A stretch of DNA of 64,000 nucleotides. It comes from a virus. The position numbers were made by a program, and so were the translations under genes. The notes under the pieces were generated by a model. It searched no databases, was not told the DNA's origin, and saw nothing but the letters and a program-made list of their open reading frames with translations. This document shows positions 48,507 through 58,521 of this stretch, one piece after another (positions within the stretch are counted from its first letter, which is position 1; every line of letters begins with the position of its first letter). The DNA lies in IMG/VR virus record IMGVR_UViG_3300020477_000001, positions 64,001 to 128,000 of that record; one strand, 5' to 3'.

Positions 48507-49430
48507 ATGTACAATTTGTGCTGCATATCAAATTCATTAGCCAAAGAGGGTCACAAGTTTCAGACCATGACTTGGGCTAGGTTCTCCAAGTTACCCCGCG
48601 AAGAAGCTATTGCAATCGTTTCTGCTCGCACTCTTAACAATCTGAAAGTTACGCGCAAGATTCTTGAGCAGTGTGCAGAGCATGGCTGGGGCTATCGCGT
48701 TAGCTCTGCTTTATTTCCACTTCTTACTTACGATGTAGCAGAACTCAAAATTCAAGACTACCCAGACTGGATTGACATACAAGCTGCATTTGCAGACTGC
48801 AATATGTTCATCAATGACAATCGTATCCGCATCTCATGTCATCCAGATCAGTTCAATGTTCTTGCAAGCTTGGGTAAAGCGCAGGTAGAAAAGACTATCA
48901 AAGAACTCAATCATCATGGTTGGTTCATGGATATGCTTGGTGCTCCTCGCGACTATCGCGCACCCATCAACATTCATGTCAACAACACCAAAGGCGAGCC
49001 TTCAGAAATTGCTGACCGTTTTATGCTCAACCTTTACAAGTGCGACCAATCTGTACGCTCACGACTAGTCATAGAGAACGAAGACAAAGGCATCTGGACT
49101 CCAGCGTTACTTGTCGAGCATTTCACCACATTGCCCATTACTTACGACAACCTACACCACAAATGCTTACCCGATGGCCTCACAGAGGATGAAGCCTATC
49201 GCTTGTGCTATAACACATGGCAAGATAACGGTTACTTCAAACCACTGTTTCATTACTCAGAGTCTCACCCAGACAAAAACAATCCACGTAGCCATGCCGA
49301 CACACCCACCGAGATACCGCTGGACGGCGGACATTCTTTCCCTGTTGACTACGACATAGAACTCAAGTCAAAAGATGACGCCATTAAAGAGATACAAAGA
49401 TTAGAACTGAAGGGGTTAATAAATGGATAA
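48507..49430 (+). CDS. uvsE: UV damage endonuclease
   Basis: LCCI, RVSS.LFP, HPDQF.VL.S, INIH, RLVIENED, YDNLHH, HYSES, HAD, IELKSKD. Confidence 0.9.
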   Translation: MYNLCCISNSLAKEGHKFQTMTWARFSKLPREEAIAIVSARTLNNLKVTRKILEQCAEHGWGYRVSSALFPLLTYDVAELKIQDYPDWIDIQAAFADCNMFINDNRIRISCHPDQFNVLASLGKAQVEKTIKELNHHGWFMDMLGAPRDYRAPINIHVNNTKGEPSEIADRFMLNLYKCDQSVRSRLVIENEDKGIWTPALLVEHFTTLPITYDNLHHKCLPDGLTEDEAYRLCYNTWQDNGYFKPLFHYSESHPDKNNPRSHADTPTEIPLDGGHSFPVDYDIELKSKDDAIKEIQRLELKGLING

Positions 49431-50340
49431 AAAAGAGAAAACAAAATCGACAGATAGAAATATAGTTTGCATAGATTGCGGGGAGGAGTTTACAGGATGC
49501 TATAGAACCAAGAGATGCAAACCCTGCGCGAAAGAGAGGGCGAACGCTTTAGCTAGAAAGAGGAGGGCAGCTAACCCAGAGAAATATCGCACTTACGATA
49601 GAGCTAGATATGCCGCCTCCCCGAAGAGACGTGAGCAATCGCTTGCAAGTCAGCATCGCAATATAGAGAGAACTAGAGCAACCAGAAGAAAGAGTTACAA
49701 TAATAATAGAGATAAAATTTTAGCCAAAGCAAAATCGGATCGCGAGGCTAACCCAGAGAAATATCGTGAACGGAAGAGGGTTGCTTACCGCGCTAACCCA
49801 GAGAAACACCGAAAAGAGGCAAGAGACCGAAGGGCGGCTAATCCAGAAAAGTACCGCGCCCAAGCTAAGGCTAGGTATCATGCCAACCCGCAAAAATTCC
49901 GCGATCAAAGGAAAAAGTCTTTTGAAAACAACCGAGAGGAAGTAAACAGACGAGCTAAGGAGAAAAGGGCAGCTAACCTAGAGAAATATCGCGCTAGAGA
50001 CAAAGAGGCTGAAAAAAGACGACCTGCTGGGCAAGCACTGGCGAAATCCAATGCGAGAAAAGCACTTAAACAGTCTGCAATCTTACCTACAACAGATTTT
50101 GATAAAATAAAAAATCTTTACAAAGAAAGGACTAGACTAACAAAAAAAACAGGCATAGAGCATCACGTTGATCATATAATCCAATTAACCCTAGGAGGCG
50201 CACACCATCAAGACAATTTGCGCGTGATAACAGCAAAAGAAAACCTCACAAGGGGTTACGACTACGACCCCACTCTTGGTGGTGTATGGGCAAACAATGA
50301 CCGAGCAAGGAAAACTAAGAAAAAATTAGGAATCAAATAA
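49423..50340 (+). CDS. HNH endonuclease with N-terminal Zn finger and helical repeats
   Basis: CIDC/CKPC, repeated (R)AANPEKYR, HVDHII....GG.H...NL.VI...EN. Confidence 0.8.
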   Translation: MDKKEKTKSTDRNIVCIDCGEEFTGCYRTKRCKPCAKERANALARKRRAANPEKYRTYDRARYAASPKRREQSLASQHRNIERTRATRRKSYNNNRDKILAKAKSDREANPEKYRERKRVAYRANPEKHRKEARDRRAANPEKYRAQAKARYHANPQKFRDQRKKSFENNREEVNRRAKEKRAANLEKYRARDKEAEKRRPAGQALAKSNARKALKQSAILPTTDFDKIKNLYKERTRLTKKTGIEHHVDHIIQLTLGGAHHQDNLRVITAKENLTRGYDYDPTLGGVWANNDRARKTKKKLGIK

Positions 50341-50508
50341 TGATAACGCCCCCGAAGATCATAGGTTTTATATGGGTAGCATTCTTAACACTGTTTTACT
50401 TCTTCGCCTCAATAGCTGTTTTTATTGTTACTTCAATCGCTAATATTTTTAAAAAAGAATAAATAAAAAACCTTGACTAAAGTTAAAAAACTCTCTATTA
50501 TATTACCC

Positions 50509-51390
50509 ATGAAGAGAATTGATACTTATTTCGCAAAAGAGTACGAGGCAGACACACCCACTGCCTCTATGCGTAAGTTGCGCCCAGTGGCTGAAGCAGC
50601 TAGTGCTGCTGGTTACGCAAACATCTTGAAGACATCCTCCAGCGAAGGCGTTAGCGACAAGCTAAAAAAAATTCACAATGCAGATTACGTGGAAGCCTTC
50701 TCTAACGGTACTTATCCGCTCAGCGAAAGCAATGGATGGGGCTGGAGCAAAGAGATTAGGGACGGCGTTTTCAGAATTAACACAGGGCAGCTTGACGCTG
50801 CTAAAGCTGCGTTAAGCAACGGCATTGCAGCAAATGTAGCGCAGGGGTTTCACCATGCTGGAATCGAAAGAGGCTGCGGTTATTGTACCTTCAATGGGTT
50901 AGCACTAGTCGCTAATGAATACAAGACCAAGAAAGTATTCGTTTTAGACTGCGATGAGCATGGAGGCAATGGTACGGCTGAGTTTACCAACATACTGGAC
51001 AACTTATCGCAGGTAACCATCAACGGCTCTAATTTCGGAACCGAAGAGAACCCCCGCAGCCGATGCATTACTCTTCCTCGAATCACTAACCGATTTGAGC
51101 TTTACGAAGATGCACTGGAAGAAGGCTTCTCTATAATGGATAGGTTCGAGCCCGACTTGGTTATCTACCAAGCTGGTGCTGATCCTCACATTGACGATCC
51201 CTTGGGCTCTCTGGGTATGACAACCGAACAAATGTACAACAGAGACAAGAAAGTATTTACGAAGCTCAAAGCTTCAAATATACCGACAATGTTCGTACTG
51301 GCGGGGGGCTATCAAACCCCGATTGAGGAAAAACTTGTACCGCTGCACTTGAACACCTTCAAGGCTGCTCACGAAGTATACAACAATTAA
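50509..51390 (+). CDS. histone deacetylase family (Zn-dependent deacetylase)
   Basis: GFHHA, GYCTFN, LDCDEHGGNGT, QAGADP..DDPLG, LAGGY. Confidence 0.88.
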   Translation: MKRIDTYFAKEYEADTPTASMRKLRPVAEAASAAGYANILKTSSSEGVSDKLKKIHNADYVEAFSNGTYPLSESNGWGWSKEIRDGVFRINTGQLDAAKAALSNGIAANVAQGFHHAGIERGCGYCTFNGLALVANEYKTKKVFVLDCDEHGGNGTAEFTNILDNLSQVTINGSNFGTEENPRSRCITLPRITNRFELYEDALEEGFSIMDRFEPDLVIYQAGADPHIDDPLGSLGMTTEQMYNRDKKVFTKLKASNIPTMFVLAGGYQTPIEEKLVPLHLNTFKAAHEVYNN

Positions 51391-51435
51391 AGGAACAACA
51401 ACACAGCACCAAAGATACTATCTCCGTAGCATACT

Positions 51436-51846
51436 ATGAACATCAAAAGAGAAACAACAACAGCATGGGTAGTTTTCCCAGAATATACCCAATGGGAAAA
51501 CAAGGACAATAAAATGTTCTGGGATGAAGATTACGACCTAGAAGCTGCCGCAGATGCTGCCGTAAAACATTCATGGAAAAAGCCCATAATGACTAGAAAA
51601 TGGCCTCGGCCTGTCACTTTCGGTGACTTTGTGCTTGTTACCAATAGCAATTCAAGCGAGTGGTTTAAGATGATTCGCTGTAAAGGCGGATGTAATGGCT
51701 ATGAGTGGCAAGTCTCATCTTGGGAAGAGGTTTTTGGCGAAGAGGCGGCAGTTAGGAAAGACATGAAAGGATACCTTGAAGACGCTGCTAAAGTAAATGA
51801 CGCCCTAACTGAATTTGAGGAGAAACAATGCACAACGGAAAAGTAG
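51436..51846 (+). CDS. hypothetical protein
   Basis: ORF in operon. Confidence 0.5.
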   Translation: MNIKRETTTAWVVFPEYTQWENKDNKMFWDEDYDLEAAADAAVKHSWKKPIMTRKWPRPVTFGDFVLVTNSNSSEWFKMIRCKGGCNGYEWQVSSWEEVFGEEAAVRKDMKGYLEDAAKVNDALTEFEEKQCTTEK

Positions 51847-52262
51847 GATTTACTTGTAGCTGCTTTGACCTTTTACACGCTGGCCACTGCTTGATGCTGA
51901 AGGACTGCAAAGAGCAGTGCGACTGGCTTGTCGTTGGCCTCCAAACCGACCCCAGCGTCGATAGACCAGAGAAAAACAAACCAGTCCAGTCACTTGAAGA
52001 AAGAAAGATACAATTAGAAAGCATAAAGTACGTTGATCAAGTGCAAATATACGAAACAGAATCAGACCTAGTAAAACTGATTGAGGATGTCCATCCAGAC
52101 GTAAGGATACTCGGTAGCGATTATATAAATAAAAAATTCACTGGCGATCACCTAGACATTCCCGTATACTACCACGAAAGAAACCACGATTGGTCCACTA
52201 GCGATTTAAGAAAAAGAATCAAAGGGGAATGGCCTCACCATACAGACTATCTGGATGACTAA
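51828..52262 (+). CDS. glycerol-3-phosphate cytidylyltransferase-like protein
   Basis: FDLLHAGH, VGLQTDP..DRPEKNKP, RNH.WSTS.LR. Confidence 0.8.
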   Translation: MHNGKVGFTCSCFDLLHAGHCLMLKDCKEQCDWLVVGLQTDPSVDRPEKNKPVQSLEERKIQLESIKYVDQVQIYETESDLVKLIEDVHPDVRILGSDYINKKFTGDHLDIPVYYHERNHDWSTSDLRKRIKGEWPHHTDYLDD

Positions 52263-52490
52263 CCAGCGTACTGCAACACAATAAAAAAACGCGATTAATA
52301 AAATAATGAAAGCCTTTCCTTTAGTTCTTTTAATTTTATTTATTTTTATTTCTGGCCCTTTAGTTACCATTTGGATGCTTAATACTCTATTTTCTGTAGA
52401 TATTCCATACACTTTGGAAACTTGGGCTGCTGCTTTTGTATTAGGAGCCGCGCTTTACGGTCCTAACGCAAGGAAAGAACTACGCGATAA

Positions 52491-52769
52491 ATGAAGAGAG
52501 TAGATATACAAAATCATATAAATGAACACTACCCAGAAATGGATGAAGATATTCTTTTAGCTGATGGATTCGAGAAAGCTTTTTTGGGGATTGCTAATAG
52601 TTATTGCTCCGCGCCCAGAGCTTGCTATGATGCTGATAAATGTATAGAAATCCTAGAAAAGAGAGACGGAATGAGTCATGAGGAAGCTATTGAATTTTTT
52701 AATTTTAATGTTTCTTCTGCTTATGTCGGGGAGTTTACGCCAGCATTTATGAAATTGGCGCATAGTTGA
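52491..52769 (+). CDS. conserved hypothetical phage protein
   Basis: LLADGF..AF.G...YD..KCI..L...GM..EEA.EFF.FNV..AY.G..TP. Confidence 0.6.
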   Translation: MKRVDIQNHINEHYPEMDEDILLADGFEKAFLGIANSYCSAPRACYDADKCIEILEKRDGMSHEEAIEFFNFNVSSAYVGEFTPAFMKLAHS

Positions 52770-53039
52770 TATTTCTTGACACTGTTTTTGTTTATGTTAT
52801 TTTTTCGGCCATGAGAATGGCCGACTTCGTGAAAGGGCATAATAAGCTGAAAATTAGCAGTTTTCAGTACCTTTGTGCGTTTCAAGCTGGCCACTTAGAT
52901 AAAGACAAGGATGATTCTTATTGTCCTTATACATTTCCGCCGCAAATAGAAGCATATTTTCAAGGTAAAAAAAATAAAAACAAAAAAATTATTAACAAAT
53001 TCTTGACTTAATTAAAAATGAATGGAATAGTGGGACTCC

Positions 53040-53993
53040 ATGAGTAGCTACCTAGAAGAAAAGTCGTCGGAAGATTTATATTTTAATGAAATTTCAAGAT
53101 ACGATTTAATCTCCTCGGATCGAGAAAAAGAGTTAGCAAAAAAAATAAAAAAAGGCGGAAGAACTGGCAAAAAAGCCCTTGAAGAATTAGTTAATGCTAA
53201 TTTAAGATTAGTCGTAAAGATAGCTGGAGAGTTCAAAGGCTTTGGGTTGGATTCTGGCGATTTAATCAACGAGGGAAACCTCGGATTGATGAGGGCCGCT
53301 GAAAAGTATGATGGCCGCGAAGGCGTTAAGTTTTCAACATATTCCGCGTATTGGATAAGGCAAAGTATCTACAGAGCCCTCTCGAATAAGAGCAGAACAA
53401 TTAGGCTTCCCGTTCATGTTTGCGCTGCTAATTCTAAAATAATTAAATTTATTTCAAAATACCAAGAATCCAACAATGGAAAAAAGCCTTCAGTTAAGCA
53501 GATAGCGAAAGCCACCAACGCAACAGAAAGATTGGTGTCGGATGTAATAAATGGTGGAGTGACCAACGTAAACTCTCTAGACAGAGAAATCGGAACTGAT
53601 GACAGCGGCTCTAAAGAGACCCTAGGGAACATAATTGAGGACCAAAACGCTGAATCCCCCGACCAAATCTGGAAAAACGTGGAAGATGTTAGTATTCTAT
53701 TAAAATTGATACAAAAATTAAATAATAGAGAAAGATACATAATTTGCAATAGATATGGAATAGGAACCAAGACCCCAAAAACTCTAGAAGAAATTGGGGA
53801 ACACTTCGGCGTTACTAGGGAAAGAATAAGGCAGGTACAAAAAGTAGCAATGATGAAGTTAAAAAACTACATGGATAAGTATTATAGATACAAGCCAGAG
53901 GTTGAGGATCATTATGTTGAAGGCCGAAGATTTGTAGCAAGGGTTAAAAGAGAAGAAAAAGCCAGAGAAAAGAAAAAAAAGGTTAAAAAATAG
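53040..53993 (+). CDS. sigma-70 family (RpoD/RpoS-like) sigma factor
   Basis: ANLRLVVKIA, DLINEGNLGL, KFSTY..YWIRQ, RTIRLPVH, TLEEIG...VTRERIRQ. Confidence 0.92.
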   Translation: MSSYLEEKSSEDLYFNEISRYDLISSDREKELAKKIKKGGRTGKKALEELVNANLRLVVKIAGEFKGFGLDSGDLINEGNLGLMRAAEKYDGREGVKFSTYSAYWIRQSIYRALSNKSRTIRLPVHVCAANSKIIKFISKYQESNNGKKPSVKQIAKATNATERLVSDVINGGVTNVNSLDREIGTDDSGSKETLGNIIEDQNAESPDQIWKNVEDVSILLKLIQKLNNRERYIICNRYGIGTKTPKTLEEIGEHFGVTRERIRQVQKVAMMKLKNYMDKYYRYKPEVEDHYVEGRRFVARVKREEKAREKKKKVKK

Positions 53994-54245
53994 TGTAATT
54001 TTTTTAAGAACTGCTACACTGGTTCAATAATAGAATAACAATCAAACTAAATATGTAAACACAACAACAATAAAGGGGGCGCATGAAAGATTCAGAATTA
54101 TTATTAAGGGAGGTTTCTTTTGAGTTATTAGGCAAGTTGAACGATACTTACGAAAGTGATTCCGAATATGCGGCGGGGCAAAGGTTTGCATACCTTAAAT
54201 CAATTTTAATCATTAAAAAGAAACTATCTGAAACTAGGAATAATA

Positions 54246-54815
54246 ATGCCAAGACACCCAATTGATGATGAGGTTTACACGTTCGACGATATAGGCAAAA
54301 ATGCGCCAAGGTTGAGCTACAATCGTAAAATTAAAAAGATCGTCTTCGAGAACTACGAAGCTTTCTGGCTTTTGCTTCACGCCACAAAACACCCAGATAT
54401 TATTAATGGAGTTATCTTTGAAACAGATGACAACTTCAAGGCTCATTATATAAAACAAACAGGGGATAAAGACTTAAATAATCTTTATATAAATAAATTT
54501 ATTTTAAAAGAGATGATGGAGGCTATGAACATAAGCGACCAGCATGATACCTTCCAAGGGTCATTCCAAGATAAGAATATGCACCTCTGGATGACCAACC
54601 AAAATGAATCCGAGAACATGGAGGATGCCAAGGTTCTCAGCAGTAAGTCTCAGTCAGAGCGGCAGAAGAGATTTGATCAAAAGACCAAGGAGAGAGAGCA
54701 ACAAGGAGAAGAAAGAATGAACGCACAAGAATTCCTTGAGTGGTCATCGGAGCATGTAGAAGAAGACTTAAAAAAGAGAATAGATGCAGGAGACACAAAT
54801 TGGAAATTCTTATAA
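54246..54815 (+). CDS. hypothetical protein
   Basis: 189-aa ORF. Confidence 0.5.
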   Translation: MPRHPIDDEVYTFDDIGKNAPRLSYNRKIKKIVFENYEAFWLLLHATKHPDIINGVIFETDDNFKAHYIKQTGDKDLNNLYINKFILKEMMEAMNISDQHDTFQGSFQDKNMHLWMTNQNESENMEDAKVLSSKSQSERQKRFDQKTKEREQQGEERMNAQEFLEWSSEHVEEDLKKRIDAGDTNWKFL

Positions 54816-55682
54816 TGCAAAAGCCAGACAACAAAATGAAGCGCTGGCTAAACTCTCAGACCAAAGATTTAAAAAAAATTAATTTTAATTCTCTGGTAAA
54901 TTCATTCAAAGACAAGTTTAAGGTCAGTATCAACGATGCTCGTATGTACGTGATGCAATGGGACCACGACAGAAACAAGCATTAAACCGCCGTATTAGAT
55001 GCTTGACATATATTAAAAAACTCCTTATCATATATCTACAGACATACCTTAAGATATATATAGGAACAAACAATGGACTTAATATTTGCGGCAATAGTGA
55101 TATACTTCTTCTGCTTTGCTTTTAAGCAGCTAGTCAAGGATTTGTAAATCGAGGGGGAGCTACAACACAACAAATTGTGAAAACAATAGCCCTGTTTTTA
55201 CGAGCTTTTTACACATTTTTTAAAACACTCACAGTGAACTACAACACTATAAGCTAGTATGGAACTAATAAACACAATAAAGCATTTCAAAAGAATAAAA
55301 TAAAATATTGAAGTGTATTAAAATGGGTTAATGTGGGGTGCATATTATATATATATCCGTCAAGCATTAAATTTAAAAACTATTCACATATTTATTAACA
55401 CTGAAACCACGTCAAGCAAAAACAACAAAAAACAATAAAAAACTTATTAATATTTTCTAAGTCAAGAAAAAACAAACAAAAACTTAAAAAATTATTATTG
55501 ACTATATAGCAAATATATGGGCTTAAAACCAAGAAAAGAAGGAGAAGCAAAAAGAATAGCAACATACATAATATTAATCATATATGGAATTGTTATACTT
55601 ATAGTTTATCTATTAAATAAATTATTTTCTTGACACAGATAAATGGAATTAAAACACAATAAAGAATAGAGGGTTTTTTTTG

Positions 55683-55792
55683 TTGACTTAACTTAAATAA
55701 ATTAGTATAATGTTTCCAAAGGGGCTTCATCACAACAAAGGTAAGATTTTTCTTGACTTAAGTTAAATAATATATTAAAATTTTCCAAAGGG
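55683..55792 (+). promoter_or_regulatory. tandem near-duplicate sigma70 promoters upstream of the repeat field
   Basis: TTGACTtaacttaaataaattagTATAATgtttccaaaggg and TTGACTtaagttaaataatatatTAAAATtttccaaaggg. Confidence 0.7.
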
Positions 55793-56101
55793 ATTTTTTT
55801 TATTTTTTTTAATTCTTATAATAGGAATTATTTTTTTCTTGACAAGTAAATAATGTTTCTTATTCTTATTATGCTTAAGGAGCTACACCACGTTATTAAC
55901 ACCAACGTACACGGAACTACACCACCCATTTGCCGACGATTGATTTTTAAGGAACTAAAGCACGGATTCGAACTCACGTCTGGAACTACGACACCCATTT
56001 ACCAAGGAGCCGCAACACGTCGAATGCAGTGGTATATTTGTGAACGCAATCGAGCCAAATAATAGGAACTAAATACACGAGGTCGGGAGTTCAGAAAAGC
56101 C

Positions 56102-56130
56102 TTGACTCATCTTAAAAAACTCTTCATAAT
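56102..56130 (+). promoter_or_regulatory. promoter of the CRISPR array
   Basis: TTGACT-catcTTAAAAAActctt(17)-CATAAT. Confidence 0.7.
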
Positions 56131-56226
56131 AGTCCCCAGATTAAGAAACTGATCTTTGACATAGGCACTGCAACACACGAGGCCAAAGACATTCAAGGGA
56201 CTACAACACAACATTATGGTATTCCT

Positions 56227-56777
56227 TAGCAATTTAAGGGACTGCAACACAGTAAGGCGATTATAACATCGCGCTCGACGGTTCGCACTGGTACTAATTT
56301 AAGGGACTGCAACACTGCAACCATGCTAACTAACGTGGTTACACAGCTTCGCACTGGTAGCAATTTAAGGGACTGCAACACTGTTACACACATCGCTGCG
56401 ATGAAGCGGCGGCTTCGCACTGGTACAGATTTTAGGGACTGCAACACCGTATCAGAACGAGATATCGTCCCGCCTTGGGCTTCGCACTGGTAGCAATTTA
56501 AGGGACTGCAACACTTAGTCGAACCGCATAACGTCGAGTGTCTGCTTCGCACTGATAGCAATTTAAGGGACTGCAACACAATGAGGCAGATAATGGAAGG
56601 GGTAGCTAGCTTCGCACTGATAGCAATTTAAGGGACTGCAACACAAAACTGCACCAACAGGAAGCGGAATCACAGTTTTGCACTGGTACTAATTTAAGGG
56701 ACTGCAACACAAGGGGTGACGTAGTGGAAGCGACCACATAAGCTTCGCACTGGTACAGATTTTAGGGACAACAACAC
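56227..56777 (+). CRISPR. CRISPR array: 8 full 36-nt repeats plus 1 partial, 8 spacers of 29-31 nt
   Basis: Consensus GCTTCGCACTGGTAGCAATTTAAGGGACTGCAACAC at 56280, 56346, 56412, 56479, 56544, 56609, 56675, 56742; unique spacers. Confidence 0.93.
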
Positions 56778-56797
56778 AGTAAAGAACCCTACGTACA

Positions 56798-57659
56798 TAT
56801 TTGTGAATGATTTTTGGACAAATAAAGGAACAACAACACTGAATCTCTAGGCGATATTTGTGAATGATTTTAAGGCAAATAAAGGGAACTACAACACTCT
56901 GTTAAAGTCCGTCCAACACGAGGCGGCGAGAATTGATGCCGATCAAAATACTTAATTATTGATTGACTAATTTTTTTGTCGCTCATTTGTGAACGTCAAA
57001 GAGGCAAATAATATAGGGGAATTAAATTAGATATTTTAGATTAATAGGGACTAATTAAACACGATGCTCAATCCCAATATTGTTAATTTATGAATGATTT
57101 TTTGCCAAATAAGGGTTATTTAACATAAGGGAATTTCGTATACAAGAAAAATGTTGCCCCGGAGAAAACACCCCCTTATAAGAAATATATTAAAGGAACT
57201 AAAACACAACAAAAGTGATGAAGAATTTAATTTTAATTATTATTATTTTAATTATTACTGGTTGTTATACAGCCAAGGAAAGAGTAATGCCTCTTGGTCC
57301 CCATGATGATAGCTATGGTAAGAATTGGGTAAGTAATTAAGGAACTGTAACACCAAATCCAGCATGGCGTTTAGATATTTTGGGAACTAAAACACGGGTA
57401 TAGCTCATTTGAAATAGGAACTAGAACACATGTGGTGCGCCATTATATTTGTGAACGCGATTTTTGCAAATAAAGGAACTACAACACCAGCGGTTTCAGA
57501 AGCTATCTGTGAACGCGATTTTTGCAAATAAAGGAACTACAACACCCGTCATGGAATTATAACACTAACTCCTCAGATGGAACTACAACACGTTGAGATA
57601 CTGCTTTCGCGGGAGCTATCTGTGAACACAATTTTTGCAAATATAGGGAACTACAACAC
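56798..57659 (+). repeat. second repeat class: hairpin TATTTGTGAA..TTTTGCAAATA followed by GGAACTACAACAC
   Basis: Copies near 56035, 56798, 56856, 57446, 57504, 57617; degenerate copies near 56984 and 57085. Confidence 0.75.
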
Positions 57660-57890
57660 GACGGGAACTCACGACGGAGAGTTAATCAAGGAACAACAAC
57701 ACGAAAACTTTTTCTGTATTCTTGATCTTGTAATGGAACTACAACACTCAAGGGCGGCTCATTTTAATTTAAAATAAAAAAGGGAACTACGACACTTGCT
57801 ATTATTAATTGTATCTTTAATTAGTGTAATTATTATTGTCTATAAGTTTTTATTGACTGTAATTAAATTGCTCTATATAAAAGGATACAC

Positions 57891-58127
57891 ATGAAAAAAA
57901 AGAAACTATCCCCGCAAGCCCAAATATACGAGAAGGCTTGGAACGACGTAGTGTCCGAAATGAGTGACCATAAAAGAAATATTATTATTAATAATTTTAC
58001 TGTTGTCAGTGGTCATCATGTATATGAGAATAAATATGATCAAAGGGTAGCAGATGAAGCAGCTAAGGAAGCCCGTATACGAGGTGACCAACAAATAGAA
58101 GCACTGTTTCCAACTGGCAAGTATTAA
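57891..58127 (+). CDS. hypothetical protein
   Basis: ORF with promoter and AAGGA SD; mini-repeat follows the stop. Confidence 0.55.
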   Translation: MKKKKLSPQAQIYEKAWNDVVSEMSDHKRNIIINNFTVVSGHHVYENKYDQRVADEAAKEARIRGDQQIEALFPTGKY

Positions 58128-58278
58128 AGGTACTACAACACGAGCGGGCACTACAGTGGTAGGAACAACAACACAGTCCCCTGCTATAATCTATGGAACT
58201 AAAGCACGAGTGCATATAGTAGAAAAAAATAAAAAAAAATAATTGACTTAAATTAAAAAAAACTTCATACTGGTCGCC

Positions 58279-58521
58279 ATGAAGAGAAAAGGTTCTGGCA
58301 AAACAAAGGGAGCGACCAGCTTCGTACAAGTGACACTGGGAGAGCTCAACCGCGTACTCAAAGAGGGTGCAGTGGTTGTGGTCAGTCGCAAGTACGCCGA
58401 GCAACTGGAGCTCGATTCTAAGCCCATGTATTCTAATTACAAGAATCTTGAGGCCCACTCAAACCAAATCGATGTCAAGATCGATGAACCGGAGGACACA
58501 ATTGATTTCAAAGTAGAATAA
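58279..58521 (+). CDS. hypothetical protein
   Basis: Leaderless-type start after TTGACT promoter. Confidence 0.6.
   Translation: MKRKGSGKTKGATSFVQVTLGELNRVLKEGAVVVVSRKYAEQLELDSKPMYSNYKNLEAHSNQIDVKIDEPEDTIDFKVE

Larger units (their letters stand above)
55156..58207 (+). repeat. field of minimal CRISPR-like repeats GGAACTACAACAC with short unique spacers
   Basis: About 29 copies outside the canonical array in this interval, all on the + strand; outliers at 47170, 51392, 58523, 60633, 60670. Confidence 0.85.

Noticed and set aside
56226-56579. 117-aa repetitive ORF on the - strand (also 55853-56062 and 57577-57777)
   Set aside because: Translation artefacts of the CRISPR and mini-repeats.
55156-58207. 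TIGR-type dual-spacer array
   Set aside because: No box C/D-like alternating repeats or fixed unit length outside the canonical array, and no Nop-domain protein seen.
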